Positions 6,595 through 14,714 of a stretch of 46,136 nt of DNA are shown here, one piece after another; position 1 is the first letter of the stretch, and each line of letters opens with the position of its first letter. A program made the position numbers and the translations under genes. This DNA is from a virus: the IMG/VR virus record IMGVR_UViG_3300029435_000010, positions 1 to 46,136 of that record, one strand, 5' to 3'. The notes under the pieces are model-generated. The model ran no database searches. It was not told the DNA's origin and worked only from the letters and a program-made list of their open reading frames with translations.

Positions 6595-7332
6595 ATGGCT
6601 GAACTTAAGGATCTGGAAACTCGCGGCAAAGAGCTTGCCGAGCGCGTTGGCCAGGAGATCAAGAAGGTTCGAGGTGAAATCGCCGCCGGTGGACAGGCCA
6701 CGTCCGCCGATAAGGTGTCCTACAACGGCAAGACTGTCCAGGAAGCTCTCGACGACCTGAACTACATGCCCATTCAGATCACGTCTTTCACGAACACCGT
6801 GAACGTGGTCGAAATGGGCGCAACGGTTGACACGGTCACGCTGAAGTTTGCATTCAACAAGAAGCCGAAATCTCTCACGCTTGATGGCCAGCAGGAAGAC
6901 GTCAACGCAACGACGAAGGAGCTCACTGGCCTCGGTCTCACGGCGAACAAGACCTGGAGCCTCACCGCCAAGGACGATCGCGAAGCTACGTCCACTAAGA
7001 CGACGTCGGTCTCCTTCCTCAACGGTGCTTACTGGGGCATCGGCGCTGTCGAAGCTGACGGCGTTACGGACGAATTCGTCAAGGGTCTTCAGAAGGCCCT
7101 GACCGGCTCCAAGGCTCGAGAATTCACCGTGAACGCAACGGAAGGTCAGTACATCTACTACGCCATCCCGACTCGCTTCGGCACGCCTGCCTTCTTCGTC
7201 GGCGGCTTCGAGGGCGGCTTTGCCAAGCTGAAGACCTTCGACTTCACGAACGCTTCCGGCTACCAGGAAAGCTACGACGTGTATCGCTCTGACAACGTGG
7301 GTCTTGGTTCTACCAAGGTCACGGTCAAGTAA
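6595..7332 (+). CDS. Hypothetical structural protein
   Basis: ATG 6595 (MAELKDLE...) follows an AAGGAG RBS. Located in the fibre cluster. Confidence 0.6.
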   Translation: MAELKDLETRGKELAERVGQEIKKVRGEIAAGGQATSADKVSYNGKTVQEALDDLNYMPIQITSFTNTVNVVEMGATVDTVTLKFAFNKKPKSLTLDGQQEDVNATTKELTGLGLTANKTWSLTAKDDREATSTKTTSVSFLNGAYWGIGAVEADGVTDEFVKGLQKALTGSKAREFTVNATEGQYIYYAIPTRFGTPAFFVGGFEGGFAKLKTFDFTNASGYQESYDVYRSDNVGLGSTKVTVK

Positions 7333-7352
7333 ATCGAAGGAGGCAAAGAAAA

Positions 7353-8381
7353 ATGGCAATCGAACTTATCGGTAAGATCAAGCAAAAGAACAATGGTTCC
7401 TTTGCTCTCGTCGACTCTCAGGACATCGATCATGAGGGTAAGCGACTGAACGTCGTTCTTCAGGAACTCAATGACGTCGGAACGGGTGTAACGGCTCTCA
7501 CTCAGCGCGTTGAAGCCAACGAAGGCAATATCACCGCCCTTCAGGGCGAAGTCGCAAAGAAGGTCGAAATTGACGACGCTCAGGCTTCTGCTACGAAGAC
7601 CTACTCGTCTCAGAAGGTCGACTCCCAGATCACTGCCGCCAAGCAGGCTGTGAAGGACGATCTTCTCGGCGGTGCCGGCGAAGCATACGACACCCTGAAA
7701 GAACTCGCTGACGCTCTCGTCACGAACAAGGACGCGATCACCGCTCTCCAACAGATCGCTCAGGGTCACGTTCAGTTCGACAAAGCTCAGGCTCTGAATG
7801 ACGATCAGAAGAAGCAGGCTCGTGCGAACATCGGCGCTTTGAGTGCCGCAGTTGAAAAGAGCGGCGTTGCTCTTGACACGCTGACTGAAGAAGGCTCTTA
7901 CGTCGTCACGGGTGCTACTGGTCTTCCTGCCGACTTCACGGCTGATCCCGTTTTTGTGACTGTCATGAAGGCCGGCACGGCAACGGTTCAAATGGTCGGT
8001 GGCGTTCAGGGCGCTGAGTACAAGCTCTTTGCTCGTACTGCGGCCGACGGCGCGTATGGCAAGTTTGCTCAGATCGGCGCAAAGACTGATCTGACTGACT
8101 ATGCCAAGAAGAGCGAAGTCACGACTCAGATCAGTGAAGCTGTCAACCCGGTGAAGACGACTGCCGAAGCCGCTCAGGCAAAGGCGACTGAAAACGCTGG
8201 CAAGATCACGACCCTCGAGTCGACCGTCGGTGAGCACACGACGAAGCTTTCTTCGCTTGAAGGTCAGGTGCAGACGAACACCCAGGCGATCCAGAAGAAC
8301 GCCGGCGACATCACGACGATCAACGCAAACATCGGCGCGAAGCAGGACTTCGTCGCCGCCTTTGAAGCCGCTTTGGCCTAA
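7353..8381 (+). CDS. Tail fibre-like protein (coiled-coil rich)
   Basis: 342 aa. Heptad-like repeats and the DTLKELADAL motif are common in phage fibres. Strong RBS. Confidence 0.6.
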   Translation: MAIELIGKIKQKNNGSFALVDSQDIDHEGKRLNVVLQELNDVGTGVTALTQRVEANEGNITALQGEVAKKVEIDDAQASATKTYSSQKVDSQITAAKQAVKDDLLGGAGEAYDTLKELADALVTNKDAITALQQIAQGHVQFDKAQALNDDQKKQARANIGALSAAVEKSGVALDTLTEEGSYVVTGATGLPADFTADPVFVTVMKAGTATVQMVGGVQGAEYKLFARTAADGAYGKFAQIGAKTDLTDYAKKSEVTTQISEAVNPVKTTAEAAQAKATENAGKITTLESTVGEHTTKLSSLEGQVQTNTQAIQKNAGDITTINANIGAKQDFVAAFEAALA

Positions 8382-8391
8382 GAGGTGAACT

Positions 8392-9351
8392 ATGGCAGAC
8401 GCATCTTTTGAAAAAGACAGCGATCTGCTCAACGCTGCGGCCGCCTTCATGGCGGCTGCGGCGCGCCGCACGCCTGGTCCTTTAACTGCTGAGGTCAAGC
8501 TCGCGGTCGAGCGCATCGCAAAAGAAATTAAGGCTATCCGCGCTGAGGTAGGAGGCGATAACTCTTTGCAGGGTCGAGTTGAGGCACTGGAAGAGGCCCT
8601 CGCCGACATCGCCTTTAACGAGAAGCTTTTGGCGAATGGCTTGGCGAAGTCGACGTCTCAGACGCCGCCGTTTTCAGTAACTTTGACGCTCGCAGGGATG
8701 CCTGGTGGTTCAACTGTCACGTGGACAGTTGACGGTAAGTCGGCCACAGGCGCGAGTGTTAGCACCTATATCGGCGCTCAAGTTTCATGGTCTGTGTCGT
8801 GTGCAGGCTATCGCACAAAGACTGGAACAGTCAGCGCGCTCTCGACTCAGACGATCGACGTCACGCACGAGGAGCTGCAAGCTGCGGATATCGTGTTGTC
8901 TGGCTACTTCTATGATCCGCACAAGCAACTTGTGAACTTGGTCGACAACACCAATTTTCAAATTGGCGGTTCAAACATCCAGAACGGGTCTTCGTCGTAC
9001 AACAAGAATTTTGGCGCGTCTTACGGCTACATCAAGCTTACGACGAAGGAGCAGTGCACGCTCAGCGTCACGGGCTACGTCAGCTCTGAAAGCAAATATG
9101 ACTTTGGCGGCGTGTATGTGGGCTCGAAGATTTACAAGCCGACGCAATCTCAAGCGAAAAGCGGGACCACGGACAGCGCCGGATCGTATCTGATCCGCCA
9201 GTCTGGCTCCAACTCCTCTAAGGAGTACACGATGACGCTGAACGCAAACACGACGTACTACCTGAACTTCTTCTATGTGAAGGACGGTTCCAGTAACAGC
9301 AATTCTGACCGATTCTTTGTATCGAAGATTCAGTATCGAGCAGTCGTTTAA
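8392..9351 (+). CDS. Hypothetical fibre/receptor-binding candidate
   Basis: 319 aa with an S/T/N/G-rich, beta-rich C-terminal half. Directly follows the fibre-like gene. Confidence 0.5.
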   Translation: MADASFEKDSDLLNAAAAFMAAAARRTPGPLTAEVKLAVERIAKEIKAIRAEVGGDNSLQGRVEALEEALADIAFNEKLLANGLAKSTSQTPPFSVTLTLAGMPGGSTVTWTVDGKSATGASVSTYIGAQVSWSVSCAGYRTKTGTVSALSTQTIDVTHEELQAADIVLSGYFYDPHKQLVNLVDNTNFQIGGSNIQNGSSSYNKNFGASYGYIKLTTKEQCTLSVTGYVSSESKYDFGGVYVGSKIYKPTQSQAKSGTTDSAGSYLIRQSGSNSSKEYTMTLNANTTYYLNFFYVKDGSSNSNSDRFFVSKIQYRAVV

Positions 9352-9367
9352 GCACGCGGGAGGTTAA

Positions 9368-9682
9368 ATGCCATACAGAGATTTAAGTGACGGGCAGATT
9401 CTGGCCGCCGCAGGTGGTTTTGCGACGATCTGCGGCTGGCTTTCGTACCTGCTGAAGGTACAGGAAGGAAAGGCTTTCACATGGCGAGAGTTTTTGCTTC
9501 ATGGAGCGATCAGTGCTGTATGCGGGCTGATCAGCTACGAGGTGCTTTTTTACGAAGGGTTCCCGCCGCAGCTGTGTGGGGCCCTGAGCGGCATGGCCGG
9601 ATGGGGCGGAACTCGCCTGATCAGATTGCTTGAGATCGTACTCGAGAAGCGCCTCGGCGTGAGTAAGGAGGATTTGAAATGA
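9368..9682 (+). CDS. Holin
   Basis: 104 aa with predicted hydrophobic helices and a charged C-terminus. Immediately upstream of the endolysin and overlapping it. Confidence 0.7.
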   Translation: MPYRDLSDGQILAAAGGFATICGWLSYLLKVQEGKAFTWREFLLHGAISAVCGLISYEVLFYEGFPPQLCGALSGMAGWGGTRLIRLLEIVLEKRLGVSKEDLK

Positions 9683-10131
9683 AAAACTTTTCTGAATATT
9701 CGGTGGATCTAGCCGCCGATTTCATCGAGGCGTGGGAGGGCTGTCGCCTGACTGCGTACAAGTGTCCTGCCGGTATCTGGACGATTGGCGTCGGTCACAC
9801 GAAGGACGTGACGGAGCATGACGAGATCACGTATGAGCAGTCGAGGGAGCTACTTCGAAAGGACATCGAGGAGGTCAAGCGCGGGCTCGCGCCGTTCGTC
9901 AACATTCACGTGACGGAGGGGCAGTTCATTGCGCTGGTGAGCCTCGCTTTCAACGTGGGCGCGTCCTACGTCGTGCACAACTGCCCGAGGCTCATGAGGG
10001 CCCTCAATGCAGGCGACGTCGAGCAGGCCGCGCATCAGTTCCTCGACATCACGAAGGCGGGCGGCAAGGAGCTTCCGGGGCTCGTCCGCCGCCGCAAGTC
10101 CGAAGCGAAGCTTTTCCTTGGGGAGGACTGA
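9679..10131 (+). CDS. Endolysin, GH24 phage lysozyme family
   Basis: Motif IEAWEGCRLTAYKCPAGIWTIGVGHT (catalytic E...D/C...T arrangement of T4/lambda-type lysozymes). Confidence 0.9.
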   Translation: MKNFSEYSVDLAADFIEAWEGCRLTAYKCPAGIWTIGVGHTKDVTEHDEITYEQSRELLRKDIEEVKRGLAPFVNIHVTEGQFIALVSLAFNVGASYVVHNCPRLMRALNAGDVEQAAHQFLDITKAGGKELPGLVRRRKSEAKLFLGED

Positions 10132-10132
10132 G

Positions 10133-10675
10133 ATGGTCTACTTGCGTTGGCTTCTTTCGATGCCTCTGAGCTACTTGATGCTTCTCGTCGGCTTGATCCT
10201 CGCGCCCGTTCTTCCGTTCTTCGTGGACAAGGAAACGCACCGTCTGCCGAAATGGCTCGATTGGTTCGCCACTGACGACAACGACGCAGACGGCGACGAG
10301 GGCCATCGGCAACGATGGCCGGGGACGGATGCCTGGGCGACGTACAAACGTCGAGTCGCGTGGATGTGGCGCAACACATGCTACGGCTTCGACATCAATG
10401 TGCTCGGGGTCGAGGTGCGCTCGAGCGACTCGTGGGAGGTGACTGGCGATGAGAATGCCTCCGACACGAACGGCGTCTCGGGCACGTGCCGCAGGCGTTG
10501 CCGCCGCGACGGGAAACTCATCGCCTTTCAACTCTATTACATCAAGCACTATCGCCTGTTCGGCAGGCCGTGCTGTGTAAGGCTCAACCTCGGCTGGAAA
10601 CTGTGGGGATCCCGCGACAAATGTGCTCAGTACGTCGGCATCTACTTCAACCCTATGAAGGGGTTCGAGTTCTGA
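10133..10675 (+). CDS. Hypothetical membrane protein in the lysis cluster
   Basis: ATG 10133 follows GGGGAGGA. The N-terminal hydrophobic helix is MVYLRWLLSMPLSYLMLLVGLILAPVL. Confidence 0.6.
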   Translation: MVYLRWLLSMPLSYLMLLVGLILAPVLPFFVDKETHRLPKWLDWFATDDNDADGDEGHRQRWPGTDAWATYKRRVAWMWRNTCYGFDINVLGVEVRSSDSWEVTGDENASDTNGVSGTCRRRCRRDGKLIAFQLYYIKHYRLFGRPCCVRLNLGWKLWGSRDKCAQYVGIYFNPMKGFEF

Positions 10676-10687
10676 AGCAAAAAAGGA

Positions 10688-10722
10688 AAAGCCGCTCGGT
10701 TGTGGCGACCGAACGGCTTTTG
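10688..10722 (+). terminator. Terminator-like hairpin
   Basis: AAGCCGCTCGGT pairs with ACCGAACGGCTT (one mismatch) and is followed by TTTT. An A-run upstream suggests bidirectional function. Confidence 0.5.
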
Positions 10723-10747
10723 GGAGACCTTTTGAGACAGAGGTTCT

Positions 10748-10924
10748 ATGGAGAGTATTTTATCAAACTTGATCGTCGCTTTGCGACTCGGAGAATTGAT
10801 GATGGTCGAGAATTTGACGTGGCAGGCGATTGGGACATACGTCGTCTTTTTCGGACTCGGCGGCGTGGCTATTGCCTGGGGGCTTGCCAAAACGGTCAAG
10901 GCTTGGAAGGATGCCTTGAAATGA
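10748..10924 (+). CDS. Small membrane protein (58 aa, below the ORF-track cut-off)
   Basis: Hand translation MESILSNLIVALRLGELMMVENLTWQAIGTYVVFFGLGGVAIAWGLAKTVKAWKDALK. The stop overlaps the Rz start. Confidence 0.45.
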   Translation: MESILSNLIVALRLGELMMVENLTWQAIGTYVVFFGLGGVAIAWGLAKTVKAWKDALK

Positions 10925-11373
10925 GTGTTCAAGTTTTGAAGGGAGTGGCGGTACTTTTAGCGAGTGCCGCCTTTTTTATTGCCGGCTACCAGTATGCCGC
11001 GGCGCTCTATGGCGAGGACATTGCCGCGCTACGTGAGGACTACGCCACGCGTGCGCAGTCTCTTGAGGTTAAGTACAGAGAGAAGGAGAGGGGCTATGCA
11101 CAGAGTCTTGTTGATGCGTGGGAAGCCCGGGACAAGGCGCTTGCTCGCGCCGATGATCTTGGCGCTGATCTTGAGCGGGTGCGCAAGCAAGCAGCCGACG
11201 CTCGCAGTCGATTGTCCGCAACCGGTGCCGGTACCTGCGACGCTGAAAGAGAGCGCCTTGCCAGATGCGCAGACCTTGTCGAGCGAGGCGCAGAGCTGGT
11301 TCGACGAGGTGTCGACCTTTCTGAGCGGACTGCGATAGACAAGGACGCCGTCGTGAAGATCGTCAGTCAGTGA
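10921..11373 (+). CDS. Rz: i-spanin (Rz-like)
   Basis: N-terminal TM helix (AVLLASAAFFIAGY) followed by a charged coiled-coil. Contains the embedded Rz1 frame. Confidence 0.8.
   Translation: MSVQVLKGVAVLLASAAFFIAGYQYAAALYGEDIAALREDYATRAQSLEVKYREKERGYAQSLVDAWEARDKALARADDLGADLERVRKQAADARSRLSATGAGTCDAERERLARCADLVERGAELVRRGVDLSERTAIDKDAVVKIVSQ
11096..11338 (+). CDS. Rz1: o-spanin (Rz1-like lipoprotein) embedded in the +1 frame of Rz
   Basis: Lipobox LILSGC and a proline-rich mature part. GAAGGAG lies upstream of ATG 11096. The gene sits entirely inside 10921..11373. Confidence 0.75.
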   Translation: MHRVLLMRGKPGTRRLLAPMILALILSGCASKQPTLAVDCPQPVPVPATLKESALPDAQTLSSEAQSWFDEVSTFLSGLR

Positions 11374-11504
11374 CGAAGTTGTAGACGAACTCAGCCGAAA
11401 GTTTAGACGAAGGGTGGCGCCTAAAAAAAAGGCTGAAGCGTCTGTAATGGTTCTGCCCCAACGGTTTGAGGATGGCGCCCATAAAAACTTAGTTAGACGA
11501 AAAT

Positions 11505-11541
11505 GCCCCACTTACCTTCGCTGGTAGGTGGGGCGTTTTTT
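11505..11541 (+). terminator. Rho-independent terminator at the lysis/int junction
   Basis: GCCCCACTTACC pairs with GGTAGGTGGGGC and is followed by GTTTTTT. Confidence 0.75.
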
Positions 11542-11557
11542 GTGCCTTCGAAAAACG

Positions 11558-12754
11558 TCACTTCTTCTTCGGCATGATCGTGTCGGCCCACGACTGCATG
11601 ACGGGACGACGTAGTTCACATAGGTCGTCACGCTGATATGTTTGCTCAACGGCGTTGCCGGTTGCGTGCATCAAGCATTTCTCTGCGACGACTCTGTCCA
11701 CACTGTTTCTGGCCGCCCAGTCTCGGAAGGTCGAACGGAATCCGTGCATTGTTACTTTGCCGTCTGTGAGCCTGCTGACCGTGTGATACGGGTTGTCGAT
11801 GCGGATTGGTCTGTGCGCCCAGTAAGGCGATGGAAAGAGCGGTCCCTTTTGGCTCGGGTTAGCGGCAAGCAGCACTTCAATGGCTTGATCGCTCAGAGGG
11901 ACACGGTGCGGGAAAGGCTTGCGGTCCTTTCTGCGAGCAGGCGGGATGTACCAGATGCGCTCTTCGAGATTGATTTCATCCCATAACGCGAGCGTAAATT
12001 CCTTTCGGCGCGTGGCGGTCAAGATGCCGAAGAGTGCGGCAAGACGTGAAGAAGGCTCTCCGACCTCGCCTGCAAGCAATCGACTGGCAATGTTGATCGC
12101 CTCATCAAGCGTAGCGGCAGGGCAATGCCTGGTGGTGTAGATGCGCTGAGGTGATGGCAACCACGCATCCAAATTGCCGCGCCAAGTGGCTGGATTCTCT
12201 TTGGTGTAAAACCCTTCACGCTTTGCATAGGCAAATACGGTCTCCAAGAAACCACGGGCTTTGATGCCTGTCGGAGTCTGATCCTTCCAGAGCGGATTGA
12301 GGATTGAAAGGATGTGAGACGTTTCGACCTCTTTAATCGGCATGTCTCCGATGTGCTGGACGGCGAGGCCGAGGATACACCGACGCCATTCATTGATGCT
12401 GTGCTTGTTCTTGTATTGCTTGACCTCAATGATGATCGGGATGATGCGCTCGGCATATTCCTTGAATGTTGGTTCGTGCTTTGTCTTTCCCGGTGCTTTC
12501 TTTTCTTCTCTGAAAGCCTTCGGGTCGACTCCCTGTGTGAGGAGGGTGTGGCATTTGAGCGCCTCATCCTTCGCCATTTGAATTTTGATGATTGCCGGAT
12601 CCCCTAGCGAGAGATCCTTGCGCTTTCCGTCGAATGTGTATCGGAAGACAAACGATCTGCTGAGTCCGTTTCTTCGGACGACGAGGTACAAATTCGGCGC
12701 GATCTTATATCGTCCATCGCCTACTGTCAGAATGTTTTTGGCCGTTATGTTCAT
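11558..12754 (-). CDS. int: Phage integrase (tyrosine recombinase, P4-like with arm-type N-terminal domain)
   Basis: Start is MNITAKN at 12754. Motifs ATRRKE, HGFRSTFRDW, LMH and QTYQRDD. Adjacent to arm-type repeats and a Xis-like gene. Confidence 0.85.
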   Translation of the reverse strand: MNITAKNILTVGDGRYKIAPNLYLVVRRNGLSRSFVFRYTFDGKRKDLSLGDPAIIKIQMAKDEALKCHTLLTQGVDPKAFREEKKAPGKTKHEPTFKEYAERIIPIIIEVKQYKNKHSINEWRRCILGLAVQHIGDMPIKEVETSHILSILNPLWKDQTPTGIKARGFLETVFAYAKREGFYTKENPATWRGNLDAWLPSPQRIYTTRHCPAATLDEAINIASRLLAGEVGEPSSRLAALFGILTATRRKEFTLALWDEINLEERIWYIPPARRKDRKPFPHRVPLSDQAIEVLLAANPSQKGPLFPSPYWAHRPIRIDNPYHTVSRLTDGKVTMHGFRSTFRDWAARNSVDRVVAEKCLMHATGNAVEQTYQRDDLCELRRPVMQSWADTIMPKKK

Positions 12755-13048
12755 GGTGTGTCCCACAAAATTGAATCCCCGAGGTGCCGAACGGGCCTTT
12801 TGTCCCACAGTTGTCCCACAGGCTGACAGCGTGTAGGCGGTGTGCAGGTGGCGTGACGGTAGCGGGGGTACGGCCATGCTAACACGAAAAACCCCGCTAC
12901 ATAGCGGGTATGTAGCGGGGTAGTGGTTAGCATGTAGCTAGGCTGTAGAGGAGCCGATCACTTAGAAGCGGAAGTCGCTGAGTGTTGTGTCGCAGGGCAT
13001 TTTGTTGTGGTCATTTGTTTTGTCCCACGGATTGTCCCACGCCGAGCA
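12755..13048. promoter_or_regulatory. Candidate attP: five direct TGTCCCAC arm-type repeats flanking a ~60-bp imperfect palindrome
   Basis: TGTCCCAC occurs at 12759, 12801, 12812, 13021 and 13033, all in the same orientation. The palindrome CATGCTAAC...GTTAGCATG spans 12874..12934. Confidence 0.5.
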
Positions 13049-13345
13049 TCATTCAGTAGAAAAGGCGTTCTTTTGAGAGACGCTCATCTTGCTCACGTAG
13101 TTCAGGCGGCGGAGGGCGTCGTCGACAGCCTTTTCACCTTTCAGCATGAACCACTTGCGGATCATGCCGACAGTCCAACGGCCTGCGCCATTGCGTCCGC
13201 CGTAGTCCATCGACGGCGGAATGAATCCAGAGTCGACTGCATTGCGGAGACTGGTCTCGGATTCATAGCCGAGGCTTTCCATGAGGCTCTTCTTGTCGAG
13301 TATAGAGTAGTCCGGCACGGTCGTGTCAAAGATGTCGATCTTCAT
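13049..13345 (-). CDS. Putative excisionase / AlpA-like DNA-binding protein
   Basis: 98 aa positioned next to int and the candidate attP. Loose AlpA-like pattern (LGYESETSLRNAVDSGFIPP...GRWTVGMIRKW). Confidence 0.4.
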   Translation of the reverse strand: MKIDIFDTTVPDYSILDKKSLMESLGYESETSLRNAVDSGFIPPSMDYGGRNGAGRWTVGMIRKWFMLKGEKAVDDALRRLNYVSKMSVSQKNAFSTE

Positions 13346-13920
13346 TTGGCTTCCTCAGCTTGTTCCTTGAATTTTCCAGTCGCTTGAAGCTCGCCAAGGA
13401 AGGCGTCATCTTCAAGCTCCCATTGGCGTACTTGCTCGTAGGCATACTCCATGAGCTCCTGTGCTACGATCAGACCGTGTTTGACTGGCTCAAGATTTGC
13501 TGGCGGGATCGGTTTGCGGTGATTGCGCAGTCGAGCGCAGACGACGGTCATGAAGGCGGCGTGTTGGATGTCTTCGAGCAGATCCTGCTCGGCAACGCCT
13601 AGGCACTTGTGACAGAGCGCGCCGAGCATGAGCGTGCTGCAGATCTGGTTGAAGTCCGAGTAATCGGTCGTCGTCGGCCAACGCTCGAGCGCGAAAAAGC
13701 TGAGCGTGAATGCTTCAAGCAAAGAGTCCTTTTCTTGGAAACCTAGCAGCCAACCAAGCTGTTCACAGCGTCGTCGTTGGCGGGTTTTCTGGTGCTCGAG
13801 ACTTGCGATTGTCCTGCGCGCGTCGTCCGCGTCTTTGAACTTTCCTTGCACAAACTTCTTTCGGACGGCGAGGTCTCGTGCTCGCTGTCCTTTTTTGCGG
13901 GGTTTTTTGCTTACTGGCAT
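13342..13920 (-). CDS. Hypothetical protein
   Basis: 192-aa ORF overlapping the downstream gene by 4 nt. Confidence 0.55.
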   Translation of the reverse strand: MPVSKKPRKKGQRARDLAVRKKFVQGKFKDADDARRTIASLEHQKTRQRRRCEQLGWLLGFQEKDSLLEAFTLSFFALERWPTTTDYSDFNQICSTLMLGALCHKCLGVAEQDLLEDIQHAAFMTVVCARLRNHRKPIPPANLEPVKHGLIVAQELMEYAYEQVRQWELEDDAFLGELQATGKFKEQAEEAK

Positions 13921-13932
13921 GTGTGATCAGAT

Positions 13933-13965
13933 AAAAAAAGCCCCCGGAGCCGAAGCGCCGAGGGC
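13933..13965 (-). terminator. Terminator hairpin (GCCCCCGG...CCGAGGGC family)
   Basis: On the minus strand, a GCCCTCGG...CCGGGGGC stem is followed by TTTTTTT. Confidence 0.6.
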
Positions 13966-13995
13966 GTATTGTTTCTAATTTCGAGTTCGTTTGGA

Positions 13996-14244
13996 TTATG
14001 TTGACGGGGACAGGTGGTATTGGTTATTGGCGGAACTGTTCTGCTTGACCCGTGCGATTGCGAGTGCACACCCTTTCATCTGTAGCTTCATGGCCTGCAT
14101 CATGTTGCGTTCGAAGCATACGAATTCAACGGCGCGAGCCGACGTTTCCTCTCCGTCCAATAGACAATCTGCGAGATATTCAATGATCTCTTCATCTGTC
14201 ATACCCTCCACAGGATTGAAGGGCTTGATCTTGAGTTTTTCCAT
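13996..14244 (-). CDS. Putative antitoxin (addiction-module antidote-like)
   Basis: 82 aa immediately downstream of the killer gene. N-terminus resembles antidote proteins (EEIIEYLADCLLDGE). The C-terminal HTH is not clearly recognisable. Confidence 0.45.
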   Translation of the reverse strand: MEKLKIKPFNPVEGMTDEEIIEYLADCLLDGEETSARAVEFVCFERNMMQAMKLQMKGCALAIARVKQNSSANNQYHLSPST

Positions 14245-14254
14245 GGTTGTGTCC

Positions 14255-14563
14255 TCACAGTTCTACATCCATTCGAGCCAAATCCTGAGCTAGTTTGATG
14301 TCCTTGGCTTGGGTGCTTTTATCTCCGCCAGCTAGTAGCAAAAGAATCTGTCGTCCCTTAATCGTAAAGTAGATTCGATATCCAGGGCCAACATTTACTC
14401 TTGCTTCAGAGATGTTCCCTATCTTCTTGCAGTCTCCAAAATGGCCGGATGCCATGCGCGTTAATCGTGTACGAATGGCACTTTTTGCAACGTGATCCTT
14501 TAGATTGTTGAACCATTTGTTGAACTGCTCTGTTCTGTACAAGTCAGGGCGCTTGATGTTCAT
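14255..14563 (-). CDS. RelE/ParE-superfamily addiction-module killer protein (HigB-like)
   Basis: 102 aa. FNKWFNNLKD...RLTRMASGHFGDCKKIGNISEARVNVGPGYRIYF...ILLLLAGGDKSTQAKDI matches the killer-protein pattern. Confidence 0.7.
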   Translation of the reverse strand: MNIKRPDLYRTEQFNKWFNNLKDHVAKSAIRTRLTRMASGHFGDCKKIGNISEARVNVGPGYRIYFTIKGRQILLLLAGGDKSTQAKDIKLAQDLARMDVEL

Positions 14564-14662
14564 TTTGCTTCCTTGATGAGGAGCTTTGTTGTGACCAGTA
14601 TAAAACGTTACGGGTTGCCTGTTCGCCCAGATTATGGGTATATCTCTTCGTAAAGGTTAACC

Positions 14663-14695
14663 AAGCCCCCGGAGCATTGCACAGCACGGGGGCTT
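14663..14695. terminator. Hairpin AAGCCCCCG...CGGGGGCTT
   Basis: 9-bp GC-rich stem with TTTCTTATT on the plus side. Separates the membrane-protein gene from the TA pair. Confidence 0.45.
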
Positions 14696-14714
14696 TCTTA
14701 TTGTACGATGTCGT

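Noticed and set aside
7272-8609. 445-aa minus-strand ORF antisense to the fibre-like genes. Similar long antisense ORFs lie at 6415..7359, 34309..35118, 35505..36644, 38206..39030 and 39103..39819.
   Set aside because: These are shadow ORFs typical of GC-rich coding DNA. Their composition is Arg/Ala/Ser/Leu-biased, they lack an RBS, and they fully overlap well-supported plus-strand structural genes.
10007-10132. Upstream extension of ORF 10007..10675 overlapping the endolysin.
   Set aside because: It is out of frame within the endolysin 3' end. ATG 10133 with a GGGGAGGA RBS starts exactly at the hydrophobic N-terminus.
12765-12800. tRNA 3'-end fragment at the candidate attP (TTGAATCCCCGAGGTGCC).
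   Set aside because: The T-loop-like string has G where the invariant C56 should be, and there is no complementary T-stem. It cannot be called a tRNA fragment from sequence alone.
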